DNA from: Tubulanus polymorphus
Lineage: Eukaryota; Animalia; Nemertea
Length of the DNA stretch: 64,000 nucleotides
Assembly (NCBI RefSeq): GCF_964204645.1
Contig: NC_134034.1
Location: forward strand, 9,994,962 to 10,058,961
Direction: 5' to 3'
Under the pieces are notes generated by a model. That model was not told where the DNA came from. It did not search any database and saw nothing but the letters and a program-made list of their open reading frames with translations. Both the position numbers and the translations under genes were made by a program. This document shows positions 20,175-33,700 of the stretch, one piece after another (within the stretch, counting starts at the first letter, position 1; the number at the start of each line of letters is the position of its first letter).

Positions 20175-20490
20175 AAGTGGAAGGAGAGGAAAGGGGGATG
20201 AGAAGAAGGAGAAAGACACAGAGAAAGGATAGATGAGCAAATGGGAGAAAGTGGAGGAGAAATAATAAAAAGTGAGAAAGTGGAGGAGAAATAATAAAAA
20301 GTGAGAAAGTGGAGGAAAAGATAATAAAAAGTGAGAAAGTGGAGGAGAAATAATAAAAGGTAGAAAGTGGAGGAGAAAATGCAGAAAGGGAGGAAAAGGA
20401 AATTGAGGAAAAGGGGGTAAGGCGAAAAGGAGAAATGGTGAAGAGACAAGGAATAAGGAAGAAAGGTGGAGGGAGAAAGAGGGAGGTATA
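20175..20490. repeat. Purine-rich low-complexity tract with ~29-bp repeats (GAGAAAGTGGAGGAGAAATAATAAAAAGT)
   Basis: Direct reading; explains the spurious Phe/Leu/Ser-rich ORFs on the - strand. Confidence 0.85.
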
Positions 20491-21694
20491 GTTGGAGTCA
20501 GTCACGTTTAAGGTGCCGTCGGCGACGTGTCTAAATACACCACGTTTTCAACACTTCAAAGTGTTTCTACAAATTGAATTATACATCAACCGCGCGCAAC
20601 ACATTCTGTCACCGGTAGAAAAAATACCTTCGCTCTAAAAACAGAAAAAGAAACGTTTTTGATGTTTATTTTTCTAACTCTCGATTGGATTGAATATTTT
20701 ACTCAAGATTCATCAGCAATCAGTTCGAGATTTGTTTTTCGAGTTTGATTATCTAAGTGGTTTAATTCAATTCTGCCCTGGGACTGCAGTTGCTCAAAAG
20801 ACGGTTTAACCAGTGGATATAGTGATAATTAAAAGTTCGTAAGGCATTTATCCGCCTGTTATGTATAACTGCCCTTGAGCAACTGGCCCCTGGAGTTTAG
20901 GGCAATTCATTTTTCTTCGTCTTGTTTCTTTGGTTCGTGTGGGCGGTCAATCAGTTTCACAAAGTTGGTCTTGAATACTTTGTAATTCGGATTTCTCAAA
21001 TCGCTCTGCCATAGTTGCAGAGGTGGATCCGAGGGAAGGGTGCAGGGGTGTGCACCACCTCCCCGAAAAGTTTCCCTGAAATTTAACAGCAAAATGAAAT
21101 ATGTAAAACTTATACCTGAACATGTTCAAAGCTTCTTTCTGTATTTTCAAGATTGAGTTTATTTTCGCCGATTAGCTCTCCTTCTGGTTGCCCTTTTAAT
21201 ATTGTGATAATGATATGCCTTAATTTAGGTGTGCACCCCTCCCCGATCGGCCCCTCGCTGGATTTTCAATTTTCGCGAGATTTCAATTTTTTGAGAGCGG
21301 TGAATAATAATGATCGATACCGTAGCTCACAGTGACAGTGAACGAGGGAGTTCCGGTTCCGGGCTGCAGCGGGGAACGCGTGGTGCTGAATGTAAATTAC
21401 AACAGACGTTTGATTAGAGCGCGAGTATGGCGGGGGAGTGGGGAGGCGAGGGACAATTCATGTGTTCGTTATTGACGGTATTCAAAGTGTGAATAGTTTG
21501 GTAAATTCAAATGTTCAAGCACAGAATTTAAATGAGCATTTACCGATTGAAACAGAAGCCGCCGCTGCTCGAGTGAGATTAAGACTGTATACCTCATAGT
21601 GTGACATGTTAATGTCGGTATCAATCTTAAGCTCCGAACCGCCGCCCTTTCGGTAATTCATCATTGTTAAGTGTCTCCACGATAATCTCATGAA

Positions 21695-22280
21695 ACAGCA
21701 CTGATAAAATGTCTAATGTCGCGGGTTTGTAGTTCATTTTTTGATTAGAAATGTCTCGTGTGTAGTACTGAACACATGTGAAGTGTGGACGATCAGTATT
21801 TGAAATTGTGCTGACAAAATGTCTAATGTCTGGTGGTTGTAGTTCATTTTCTATTAGAAATATCTCAGGTGAAGTACTGAACACATGCGAAGTGTGGACG
21901 ATCAGTATATGAGAGTGAGCTGATAAAATGTCTAATGTGTGGTGTTTGTAGTTCATTTTCAATTAAATATATCTCAGGTGAAGTACTGAACACATGCGAA
22001 GTGCGGACGATCAGTATTTTAGAGTGAGCTGATAAAATGTCTAATGTGTGGTGTTTTTAGTTCGCATTCAATTAAAGATGTCTCCGCTGAAGTCACGTGA
22101 AACGTAGGTTCCGGAATTCCGTTGAAACGATCAGGTTGTGAAAGAGTGCTGAAAAAGTATCTAATGTCTAATGTTTGTAGGTGAAGCACTAGCACATCTT
22201 AAGTGCGGACGATCAGTTTCTGAAATGGTGTCTGTAGTTCACGTACAGCTAGAAATATCTCCGGCGAAGTGGTGAACGAT
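21695..22280 (+). repeat. ~110-bp satellite-like tandem repeat of a dispersed family
   Basis: CTGATAAAATGTCTAATG at about 21701, 21811, 21920 and 22029; the same family occurs at about 41780-41900, 45610-45770 and 59770-60120. Confidence 0.85.
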
Positions 22281-22387
22281 CAAAAATCGAAAGAAATGAG
22301 ACTGTACGTGTCAATTAATATTTGTTTGCGTGTCGTCTACGCATGTAAAACGATCTAAAACATATTTGTTCGGGAAAACTTCGAACG

Positions 22388-22615
22388 AAAACGGGGTTTG
22401 CCGCGGCAAAACTGAAAATCACACGCAGAGAAAATTGCCATCACAAAAATGGGGTTTGTCGCGGCAAAACGTTATATCACACGCAGAGAAAATTGCCATC
22501 ACAAAAATGGGGTTTGTCGCGGCAAAACGTTATATCACACGCAGAGAAAATTGCCATCACAAAAACGGGGTTTGCCGCGGCAAAACGTTATATCACACGC
22601 AGAGAAAATTGTCAT
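22388..22615. repeat. 58-bp tandem repeat x4
   Basis: AAAA(C/T)GGGGTTTG(C/T)CGCGGCAAAACGTTATATCACACGCAGAGAAAATTGCCATCAC repeated. Confidence 0.9.
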
Positions 22616-25296
22616 CTGGGTCGAGGCTTTATCGAGAGTCGTGCATGACTTTCAATGACCAAATAAAGCGCTGACCACACAGAGATAAAATGCAATAACG
22701 TTCCGGTGTTGGCATAGCAACTGCTGATTCTGTACCCGAATATACATCTTCAACTATATCGATTCCTGTCTAAAAACCTGTAACGAGTTTTCAATATACA
22801 CTTTCATTTTCTGGATGACAAATTCTCTCTGTCTTGTTGTCAATTAGTTATGGTTGATTCTACGAATTGAAAGCGTGATGAGCCGTTGCGTTTGACGGCG
22901 ATTTCATCGGAATCGATCTTTTGATCTTAAAATAGGAACGATTGGATCTAGAAAAATCGGAAGGTCGCCGTCGGGGTCCTGAAGAAAAGAAAAGGCCGTT
23001 AGCGGATCAAGCAGCCATGTTAATGGACACAATAGCGGGGTCCCTCTATCTAGGGTAGGACATCTTTGAAGACATAAATCCGAAATGATGTAATTTCAAA
23101 GATGTTCAGTGCCAAATTTGTAGGTTTTCACGCAATCCCTGCGATTCGATTGATATTCGATTTAGTTGTTTTTTCTGAGCGTCACTCTGTGTCACGTGCG
23201 TTCACGAGAAACGAGAAACATGATTTGGGGTAAAAATGTTTCCGAGGCCAAGCACGTTTTGTTGCCACGTTTCTGCGTTTCGTAATTCCGGTCTTTTTCT
23301 TCCGTGTCGTGTGTATTGGGCTTCCTGTAGTCGCTTGACTTAATCGACCGTTCGCAAACACGGAAGCAGAAAAACACAAACATATTTCCGATCGTTTCCG
23401 TGTCTCTCGCGCGTATACGAGAAACATGGATTCGAGAAACAATGTTTCCGAGTGTTTATGTGTTTCCCCGAACCCACCGCGCACCTGCCAGGAACGAAAC
23501 AAGTACAAGCACCAGTCAACGACGATATACAAATCGATTTAGAACGTAATTTCAGTTGTGATTAAACCCGTTCGCTCTCGACGGATAGACTTCCAGTTTA
23601 TGATAACGTCTTAAATCTGGTAATGATATTTCTAGTATGTGATGATCACGTAGACGCACCACCCACGGTTCGCCGGTATCTCGTCTCGCATATACACCCG
23701 AGATCGAATTTCTCGACGTACAAATCCGATATGATATATATCAGATAACCGAGCCGTGGTGTAACTGATGCTGTAGCCTTCGCGGCGAGCAGCTGCAAGA
23801 ACGACCAATATAACCGTGCTTTATTACAATCATCATTATTATGGAGGAAGGGCACATTGAATATCCTATTTCAGGCAATTTTTTCATCAATCGTTGAACA
23901 TTTCTATTTGAACTGCTTTTTGTACAATATGTATTACTGCCTCCAGTAAGAGAGTCATCAGTGTTCTCCAAATGCTGGAATTATAAAAAGGGGCTGCACT
24001 CATTGTTCAGTGTATGACATCGTGGCTGTTGAAGTAGTAATCCCCCCCCCCCAAAAATACAGAAACTTAACTTAAATTTGGTATAATATCTTCTATTTCT
24101 GGTAGGGGCAGCAGATATTTTAAAAGGGGTGGCTGATTTTCAGAGGGGTGGATGTAAAAATCATAGGGGTGGCCGCCCTTCTAAAACCTGTTGTGGGAGA
24201 ACACAAAAACGATTTAATTGAATCGGCTGCAAATGGCATGCGACGTTCGCAGCCGTGCCAAGGGCTATTTATGCATAAGTTGTTTCAGGTGATTTATCCT
24301 CGGTAAAATGATTAGAAATCCATTAAAGAAAAAAAATTCATCTTTCATTGAAATATATATATCATGTTTCCCTTTAATATGTCGAACGTTTTGGGGTAAA
24401 CATATACATTAAATGCCTTCTCAAGATACGTCACAACCGAGAGATTTAACCGTTAAAGAGTAACCAGTGATCGGTGTTGACCAAGTGACAATTGAAAGTC
24501 CATGATAGCCACAGTATTCACCTGAACGTATCTTACTAACAACTTTTGAGCTGGATTCACAGATTTTGTCAAGAATTCTAATATTTTCCTCAGAGTTAAA
24601 CAATTGAAAATGCACTAATTTCAACTCATCAGACTTAACTTGCAACTGTGGAACGGCGTATATTTGCCCGAGGCCCGGAGACACTTAGTTGAAATTCATT
24701 GCGATATCGTAGCAATGTAAGTCCCTGAGCCAATCCAGGTTAAAGCCGCGTCATGATCGGGGACAGAACTCCAATTATCTGTAACGAGATGTCGACTGAA
24801 CACGCACCTGCAACAATCCCCTGCTGGGTTTCTAGGAAATTCGCTAAGATTGCTGGGAGTGCGCGCGCGTGCGTGTCATGGCCGCCACTTGGAGCGCGAA
24901 GCAAATTTTTTTGCTTTGTTGATAAAGGCAGTTTTTCATCCTTTACTCTATTTGCGTATAATATCCACAATGCTTTCTTCTTTCTTTCAGAATCTCTTTC
25001 AGTCGCCTCTCTATCGCTCTGTATTCTATCTACCTTTTTCTATCGTTTGTTTGCTAAGAAAACATGTCTTATTTTCAGGGTGTTGAAGGAAAGGTCATCG
25101 CGAATACGACACTGATATTGTTCACCCACTATTTTCCATTTCTTCTTATCCTTTCTCGCTTGACTAGTTTTCGTTTATTTTCTATTACGAAGGTTTTTAC
25201 ATCATAGCAATCAAATCACCAAAAATGAAAACAATTTTGATGCTTTTGATTCTCCAAGAATGATCTCAATGGATTTAACTACCTTCACTGAACCCT

Positions 25297-25425
25297 GGGC
25301 CAAGTTGCACACTTGTGACTTAAGTCTAAAAGCGGTCTTAAATCTGAGGACTAGTCTTAAGTTGTTAGATTGCCTATATAGAACTATGGTCTTAGATCTG
25401 AGCCATCAACTGTGCAACTGGCCCC
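25297..25425. mobile_element. Short MITE with GGGCCAGTTGCAC-type TIRs
   Basis: GGGCCAAGTTGCACA ... TGTGCAACTGGCCC; related copy at about 47310-47452. Confidence 0.65.
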
Positions 25426-26478
25426 TGTGATAAAAAAAAAAAATTTCCGATTAATTTATTTCTTATGTACTTACTTGCTCTCCCGGCCGCAGCGACCGTC
25501 CTATAACTTTGTCATAAACGACGTACGGGATTTTAAAGACCTTCCTCTGCTCCACATGACGACCGAGCTAGAGGTTAGTAAAGGTACTGAGCCAATGATG
25601 TTAGTATGAACCAGTCCGACTTTTAGTGTTTAGTGTGCGGAAACCAGTCAAACTGTCGTCTGGTGGAAGCCAGTTGATGTTAGAGTGTGAAAACATGGAC
25701 ACCGTTTATATTTATTGATGTATAGTTCGATATAGATGCATATTACTACGTGTATAATTGTTTCACTTATCACATTCAGAATAGGTGTATTAGTTATTTT
25801 TTGCGTGGGGTTCATTCATTCATTACGTACGCATGAAATTTGAATTTTTCAACCCCAACCGCCATCCCCAATCCCACCCTGTACGAAAAATCGGCAATTT
25901 TTCATATACGTTAAGCATTACAGTACGCAATATTGCGTACGTAATAAATGAAAGACCCCGTGTGCACATAGGAGTGTGCGAGGATGTATTTGAAAAAAGA
26001 AATTTTCAAGTATACTCTTTGAGTTTGCTGCTAAGTCGGAATATACTAGTTTCCTTAGTTAAAGCTAGTGTTTGAGGCTCGATAGCTAAATTGGATTGAA
26101 CCTCACCGGCAAAATCCCACTTTAAACGTTATCTGTATTGTATATACGTATGTATTCTATCTTTTTTTCGTAAAATAAACCATTACCCCCGACTTGACTT
26201 CAATAGGTGTGGTGATATTGTAATGAAGCTTTTAGGGCCAAATTTCGGAAAGAATCGCCTCCGAATCCGAGTAACTTACTACGAAAACCTCGAAATTCTT
26301 TTTTTCTCACACGAATATGTCGCAATCACTCCCCCGTGCATATATCCACGTGGGACTTAGCAAATTACAGACATAACTAGGGAAATCGATAGTTATTTTG
26401 ATGTTAGCGTGAATTCAGTTATTATATATTACACGTGTAGATTGTTATGTTTAAATGAAATGTATATTAATCGTAGTT

Positions 26479-27638
26479 AAAGTCAGATCTTTTGACTTGA
26501 AGAGGGATAACTGAGTCGGATGATTCAGTAGACTCCGCTCAAGTCTGATCTGTTGACTTGAGAGTGATATCTGAGTTGGATGATACAGTAGACTCCGCTC
26601 AAGTCAGATCATTTGACTTGTCAGTGATGTCTGAATTGGATGATACAGTAGACTCCGCTCAAGTCAGATCTTTTGACTTGAGAGTGATATCTGAGTTTGA
26701 TGATACAGTAGACTCCGCTCAAGTCAGATCATTTGACTTGTCAGTGATGTCTGAATTGGATGATACAGTAGACTCCGCTCAAGTCAGATCTTTTGACTTG
26801 AGAGTGATATCTGAGTTGGATGGTACAGTAGACTCTGTTCAAGTCTGATCTTTTGACTTGAGAGCGATATCTGAGTTGGATGGCACAGTAGACTCCGCTC
26901 AAGTCAGGATCTTTTGACTTGAGAGTGATATCTGAGTTGGATGATACAGTAGACTCCGCTCAAGTCAGGATCTTTTGACTTGAGAGCGATATCTGAGTTT
27001 GATGATACAGTCGACTCCGCTCAAGTCAGGATCTTTTGACTTGAGAGTGATATCTGAGTTGGATGATACAGTAGACTCCGCTCAAGTCTGATCTTTTGAC
27101 TTGAGAGTGATATCTGAGTTGGATGGTACAGTAGACTCCGCTCAAGTCTGATCTTTTGACTTGAGAGTGATATCTGAGTTGGATGATACAGTAGACTCCG
27201 CTCAAGTCTGATCTTTTGACTTGAGAGTGATATCTGAGTTGGATGGTACAGTAGACTACGCTCAAGTCGGATCTTTTGACTTGAGAGTGAGATCTGAGTT
27301 GGATGGTACAGTAGACTCCGCTCAAGTCGGATCTTTTGACTTGAGAGTGATATCTGAGTTTGATGATACAGTCGACTCCGCTCAAGTCTGATCTGTTGAC
27401 TCGAGAGTGATATCTGAGTTGGATGGTACAGTAGACTCCGCTCAAGTCAGGATCTTTTGACTTGACAGTGATATCTGAGTTGGATGATACAGTAGACTCC
27501 GCTCAAGTCTGATCTTTTGACTTGAGGGTGATATCTGAGTTTGATGATACAGTAGACTCCGCTCAAGTCTGATCTTTTGACTTGACAGTGATATCTGAAT
27601 TGGATAATACTGTAGACTCATCTCAAGTTGGATCTTTT
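26479..27638. repeat. 60/61-bp minisatellite, about 19 copies, each with an internal palindrome
   Basis: Unit AGAGTGATATCTGAGTTGGATGATACAGTAGACTCCGCTCAAGTCAGATCTTTTGACTTG; TCAAGTCA...TGACTTGA inverted repeat in each unit. Confidence 0.97.
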
Positions 27639-28761
27639 AAGCATTACCTGACTTGGCGCCAGCCTACTGTATTTGGAATTTTTTTGTTTTTAGTTGGTTG
27701 TACCACCGATTGAGCAACATTTAGATTGCGGGATCATTCATTTATAGCGCATTAAATCACGAAATTAAGGATATCGACGTACGTAAGATAACCTCAATTT
27801 ACCCGCACAGTTCCGCGTACGTGACCCTCCATCCTCGCATTGATGTGAACGTGATATAAAATGAATGATCTCCGTGTAGAAGCACTTCTATAAAACCGAA
27901 ATATTTCACCAACAGTCACGCACACGACCGATTGTCGATGGTGTTTTTATTTGATGTATTTAAACTAAATGTTTGGAGAAAAATTGTCGACGATGTTTCC
28001 ATGCGATCGTCACGCATCTGCGTCTCCAGTCGCCGTGTACACGATGAACGCGTACTAGTAAAACACATTTCACGCTGCCGGGAGTGGTTTAATATTTCAT
28101 TTGATGTCGTTTCGTGTAGACTTTGCTCTTTGAATGTCACCTCGAATTAGAATTAATGATTCGAAACGAAGATCGTCTGCGGTACGAAGATTAATACTTC
28201 ATTTTGCGCGCGCCTTGAGGCAGGTGAAGGTCGGCCTTACGACTGTGACTCGTTGCGACGAACTTGCCGCAGTCGGCCTATACCGGCCCAAAGCCGACCT
28301 TCACCCGGCTTAAAGGTCAGTGGAGGCCGGTCTCCACTCTAGACCTGTCTTTAAATGTGTTTAACCTTCTTTAAATCTACCATGCAGGAACTTAAATTCT
28401 GTAAATGCTACTGAACATTTCTGGGCCTCTAAAATGTTCAGATCTTTCGGTTATGATTTTTTTAAACCTATGATTCATGACGATTCTGGAGGCACTGTGG
28501 TCGGTGTATGAAAATACATTGGCTCCGCGTATTATTACCCCTTCACCCTGGCGAAAGTGAACTTTTGATCAAGTTAGCTCTTTCGAAAATCGATTGATTG
28601 CTTACGAGACAGCACTGGCCGTATAATTTGAAATCCTAACTAAGAATTATGATTGGAGTCTGAAACATTTCTTTGAGCAAGTAGTTTATTTCAACATTTC
28701 TTCTTAATCCCAAAAGTCACGTACAATATACATGATAAATAACAAGGAGCCGTGTAACCTG

Positions 28762-29088
28762 CATCTTCACCCGTCAAGGGATTCGAACCCACTACGCTAA
28801 AGCTGTTCCCCGAACCCCTTGACCTCACGAGTCGTTGGAGTCGTTACTAGCCGACCAGAATCCGGTCGTACCAATCACAGCGCTTGTAACAAACCGTCAG
28901 TAGACTTCTGTTGGTTTTCCCGTTAAATTAACCAATCAGCGAACGTTTTACCGAACAAGGAAGTATTTCGCAAATCGATATATGACGTCACGCGCAACAG
29001 CGCCAGTAATGAAATCACGCTTCGTGAGGCCAGGGGGCTGGTGGAAGCGAGTTCGGGAGTGATACCGGACCCCTGGCAAGCGAGGATG
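28762..29088. mobile_element. 327-bp MITE, copy B, with perfect 9-bp TSD
   Basis: Flanked on both sides by TGTAACCTG (28753-28761 and 29089-29097); near-identical to 16509-16835. Confidence 0.9.
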
Positions 29089-30299
29089 TGTAACCTGGTG
29101 TAGAAAAAATGCAACGAGTCGAATGGTACTTTATTAGATTAAGTAGTATTTTTTAAGCACGAGCTTTCGCTGCCAACGCGTAGTAACTTTATCAGGTGCA
29201 CGAGTGATGGAGCGACAATACGCCATAGTAGCGAAAGCTCGTGCGTCAAATGAGTCAACCTTTGAAGTACTGTGTTGTGTGTATTTAAACTGAACAAACG
29301 AGCGTTCCCTCTGAGTCTCTCCTGAGACCAAACCACTCTCCGTCCGGTCCCTTATTACACTAATTAACTACTAATCAATAGTATCGATTAGCCCCTCGAA
29401 GACAGACGTGCTTTATCAAGTGCGCGGATGATTGGGACTTGGGTAAATATTCGTAGTATCGATTATCGATTATTCGCTCGTCTGCCCCTTGCGGCCATGC
29501 GGTGGATCACGTGACCCAAGTACGAGACTATTATATGTGTCTTACCGATATTTAATGTGTATAGAGATTCATCGCGTTGGCCTACCTGATTGAAATTACT
29601 TGCGCTTCTGAAATCTTACGGAGCCGCGCTGGAAATTGATTTGATTACTGTCGTTGCCGCAACGGTTATTGAATTAAAATTATGTTCTCCTTACCGTGAT
29701 TTAATCAAACCAAAACAGTTCACTTCAACGCGGAACTACCTTTTCGACCACCAGATGGCGTGACTAGCATTTAGTGTTAGTCTTAATGTTTTCCTCCACA
29801 CATATATATATATATATATCTATACCATGATATTTTCCTCATATCATATCATAGAAATGGTTGGAGTTTGATAAATATTCGTATTCGAGTTGTCCCTCTG
29901 TATAACTCTCGTTTCAATTTCAAAATTTTATCAATTAATCAATCAATTAATCATTAAATCATTAAACCGCCGAATCCAAATATATACATTATCGAACGAA
30001 TTGATTTACAGATAGTAAATTGATTCCGTTGAAGTTTAGGTTTAGGTTTAGGTTTAGGTTTATTTATTTCTCTCTAACCAAACATTGGTACATAGAGGTT
30101 ACAAGAATTTGTACAATAAAATTTATAATTTACAAAACTTAAAAACAAGAAAACAGAGATACACATAGAATAGAAGTCCCAGTGACTACTAGCGACACCT
30201 GGTGGAGCCTCACCTGCCACAGTAGAATTCTAGGTTCTCATTGATGTATCGGATGCACGTAGGATATCATGTAATCGTCAGTTCCACAGCGAGGGGAGT

Positions 30300-30435
30300 A
30301 AGGGGGCGGGGGGGGGGGGGGGTAGGGCGGAGGGAATTGAGATAACATACAATGCTAGTTGTTATAGCTCTCTCTTCGATCAGTAGCCGATAGAGCACGT
30401 CGTACGCCGGAAGTAACGATAATGAACCGGAAGTG
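30300..30435 (+). promoter_or_regulatory. Candidate promoter of the SLC38A11-like gene (GC boxes plus two ETS/GABP-type CCGGAAGT sites)
   Basis: GGGCGG at about 30304 and 30326; CCGGAAGT at 30407 and 30427; about 350 bp upstream of the first recognisable coding exon. Confidence 0.4.
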
Positions 30436-30790
30436 CCGAGTTTCACCTGGTAATAATAAAGTGGAATTCTTTCTCAATCGATATGTCGGTTTAGAGAAGA
30501 AAATATGGCCCTCTCCCAGATTCCATGGAAAACATATATGATTACATAGATTTAAAATGAAAACAAAATGCTAATATTCACAGAGCCCCTTGAACCTCTG
30601 TCACAATGCACTTAGGATCTTAAACTCAAGGGTCAGCTGTGCAGACCCGGTGGAACTGGATCCCGAGTAGGATAAGTGAAATTTAGAAAAAAGGAAAGAA
30701 AAGAAAAGTGTTGAATTGAGGAGCTCACTCGCTGTGCCTGCACCTCTAACTATATAATAAAACATATGTGTGGATTTTTTGTTTTTATAG

Positions 30791-33700
30791 ACCCCCGGTG
30801 ACACACCAGCTACCACGCCTGACATCAGTTCAGACACCTATCAGCTGGTTAATGGCGACGATATGAAGGATAAAGACACGTCTAGTATGCCTATGGCAAG
30901 TTTTAATTTCATCAATTCGATCATCGGAAGCGGAATTATCGGTACGTATAGAACCGTTGAGGAAACGGTCTTTGTTACGATGGTATAAAATGCAACGCTA
31001 CGAAAGATACTTATCGTTTGAAATGTACATGATTCCCGAGGATGACTAGATAAGGATAAAACATCAAGTCATTTCTACGATCGCTGTAGAGTATTCCCGA
31101 GTATTCCCGACTATTCCCGAGTATTCACGGTTGTTAAAAAGAGCAAAAAGAGAAAATTTGAATTTTTGTTAGCTAGATTAGTTGGTTCAGTATTAGAATG
31201 AATCGACGTTCAATGAAACCGCTTTTAAATACAGATCTCTGATTTATCGACTTTCAAGCGCCATCGATCATCCTCCATTCCTCCAGGAAATATATCAACA
31301 CTGGATGATCAATCATCGCGTTTAAATTGATGAGAGAATATCTTTTGTTTAAATTCTAAAAAGGCGAAGTTTTCAAAACGGATTTACATCGAAGTATTGA
31401 TGGTGGTTTCGGTGTCGCGGGTTTTACGACTATTAAGGAACATTTCGATCAAATTGGTATAATTTCGGGACACTAAAAGACCGCATTGGGTTGGGGTTAA
31501 TGAAATATACGGTGAAAAATTCACAACAGTCCCAACACGCTACCGAGTTCCCTGATTCTCAACTCAGTGAAATATTTACAGCAGTCGCAACACGCTACCG
31601 AGTTCCCTGATTCTCAACTCGGTGAAATATTTTGAGCAGTCCCAACACGCTACCGAGTTCCCTGATTCTCAACTCAGTGAAATATTTACAGCAGTCCCAA
31701 CGCTACCGAGTTCCCTGATTCTCAACTCGGTGAAATATTTACAGCAGTCCCAACACGCTACCGAGTTCCCTGATTCTCAACTCGGTGAAATATTTTGAGC
31801 AGTCCCAACACGCTACCGAGTTCCCTGATTCTCAACTCAGTGAAATATTTACAGCAGTCCCAACGCTACCGAGTTCCCTGATTCTCAACTCGGTGAAATA
31901 TTTACAGCAGTCCCAACACGCTACCGAGTTCCCTGATTCTCAACTCAGTGAAATATTTACAGCAGTCCCAACGCTACCGAGTTCCCTGATTCTCAACTCG
32001 GTGAAATATTTACAGCAGTCCCAACACGCTACCGAGTTCCCTGATTCTCAACTCGGTGAAATATTTACAGTAGTCTCAACGCGCTACCGAGTTCCCTGAT
32101 TCTCAACTCGGTGAAATATTTACAGCAGTCCCAACACGCTACCGAGTTCCCTGATTCTCAACTCGGTGAAATATTTACAGCAGTCTCAACGCGCTACCGA
32201 GTTCCCTGATTCTCAACTCGGTGAAATATTTACAGCAGTCTCAACACGCTACCGAGTTCCCTGATTCTGAACTCGGTGAAATATCGACAATCCCAAAGTT
32301 GCCGAGTTCTCTGATTGTCAACTGCATATCCAGTCAACTCAGTCACGAATTACATTTCATAATTACATATCATAATATATTAATGTATGCACTTTCTATA
32401 CGATTAATAGATGGGTTGTTATAAAATGTAGGCCACTATTTCGTCTGCCAAAGGGATTATCACAGCTAAATGCATAAATACGTAGAGCAATTAACGGCTT
32501 TACTAACATTGTCACCTCATAATCATAATTATCATGATAATTAACATTTTGCATGCAAACTTTTACGATTTTTGTACATGTTGCAATAATGGCGGAAATT
32601 GATCACAATTTCCGCATAACCGATGTAGGTCAAATTCCCCTCGGGAAGAGGTTCCCAGCTTGGTATTATATTCCCCAGGTAAAGATCCCAAATCTTCTTA
32701 GGCAGGCAGACATCCCCCACCAGTAGAATGGAGTCCAACTCATATTTTTGTATTCAATTAATAGAATTCGCCGAATGTTGCGAATTGGAAGTTATTTTTT
32801 CATACCAAAAGTTTTCGCAAAGCTAAAATATAAGTCAAACAGAGTCCGGTCCAAATATAAAACAGTTTGAATGTTAAAATTTTGCGATTCAAATAAGTTC
32901 GTTAATACTAAAAGCTATAGGGAGACCATCAGGAAAACGACCTACTGTCCATGTTCTCACGGCGGTGATTTTTAAATAAATGATATTTTATATTTTCAGG
33001 GGCTCCCTACGCCTTAAAACAGGCTGGATTTGGATTAGGTTTAATACTCATAGTTCTAGTCGCTTTTCTCACAGGTTCGGCACTCAGTTTTAACTCTCTT
33101 TTATCGATTCAAATAGTTTTTTTTACCCATTGTGTTTTCATTTCTTGTTGCTGTTGTTGTTTTTAGATTACTCGATCTCGCTGTTAATATACGGTGGAAG
33201 TTTATCCAATACGAATTCATATCAGGTCAGTATCAAAATAACCCTCACCGAGAGACTGGTTGCCTTTGCCTCATCCTCGCTTGCCTGGGTTTGATTACCT
33301 CCCGCCGAAGCTAACGCCAACACAAATCCTGATGGCCGCATACCCTTCATTGGTCTATTACACCGCCCGAGATTTCTTGGGTGCGGGCGGACAGTTGGCG
33401 CTCAGCGGCCACCAGTCTATACATCTAGCCAATTAGAAGCGTGGTATTGATGATAGAGCGAATCTGTCGGTGAAAAACAAAGCATCTGATTTCGTTTAGG
33501 AGTCTATTTCACAAATTGTAAAACTGAAACGTCTCATTTCAGGATATGATGAGGGCCGCGTTCGGTCGGCCTGGATTTTACATACTGACTTTCATCCAAG
33601 CATTATATCCATTCATAGGTTAGTCGATACCCCGACGTTTTTTCATTGATTGAACTTACTATAATTGACGTTGGCAAGCAAGTGTTTCTCATGCTACTCA

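Noticed and set aside
20087-20505. Hydrophobic Phe/Leu/Ser-rich ORFs as membrane proteins
   Set aside because: They derive from a purine-rich low-complexity repeat.
23640-25200. Short - strand ORFs as a transposase remnant
   Set aside because: Protein-like in places but no catalytic or family motif could be recognised; left unannotated.
30041-30062. TTTAGG-like repeats (also near 63930-63952) as telomeric sequence
   Set aside because: Only 3-4 imperfect units; more likely simple-repeat tails of interspersed elements.
26479-32310. CRISPR-like arrays (palindromic 60-bp and 55-bp repeats)
   Set aside because: Units are contiguous with no unique spacers, there are no cas genes, and the context is eukaryotic; these are minisatellites.
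32541-32738. ORF with ILLVGD..LP..IW resembling a LINE endonuclease fragment
   Set aside because: Match is too short and degenerate to support a call.
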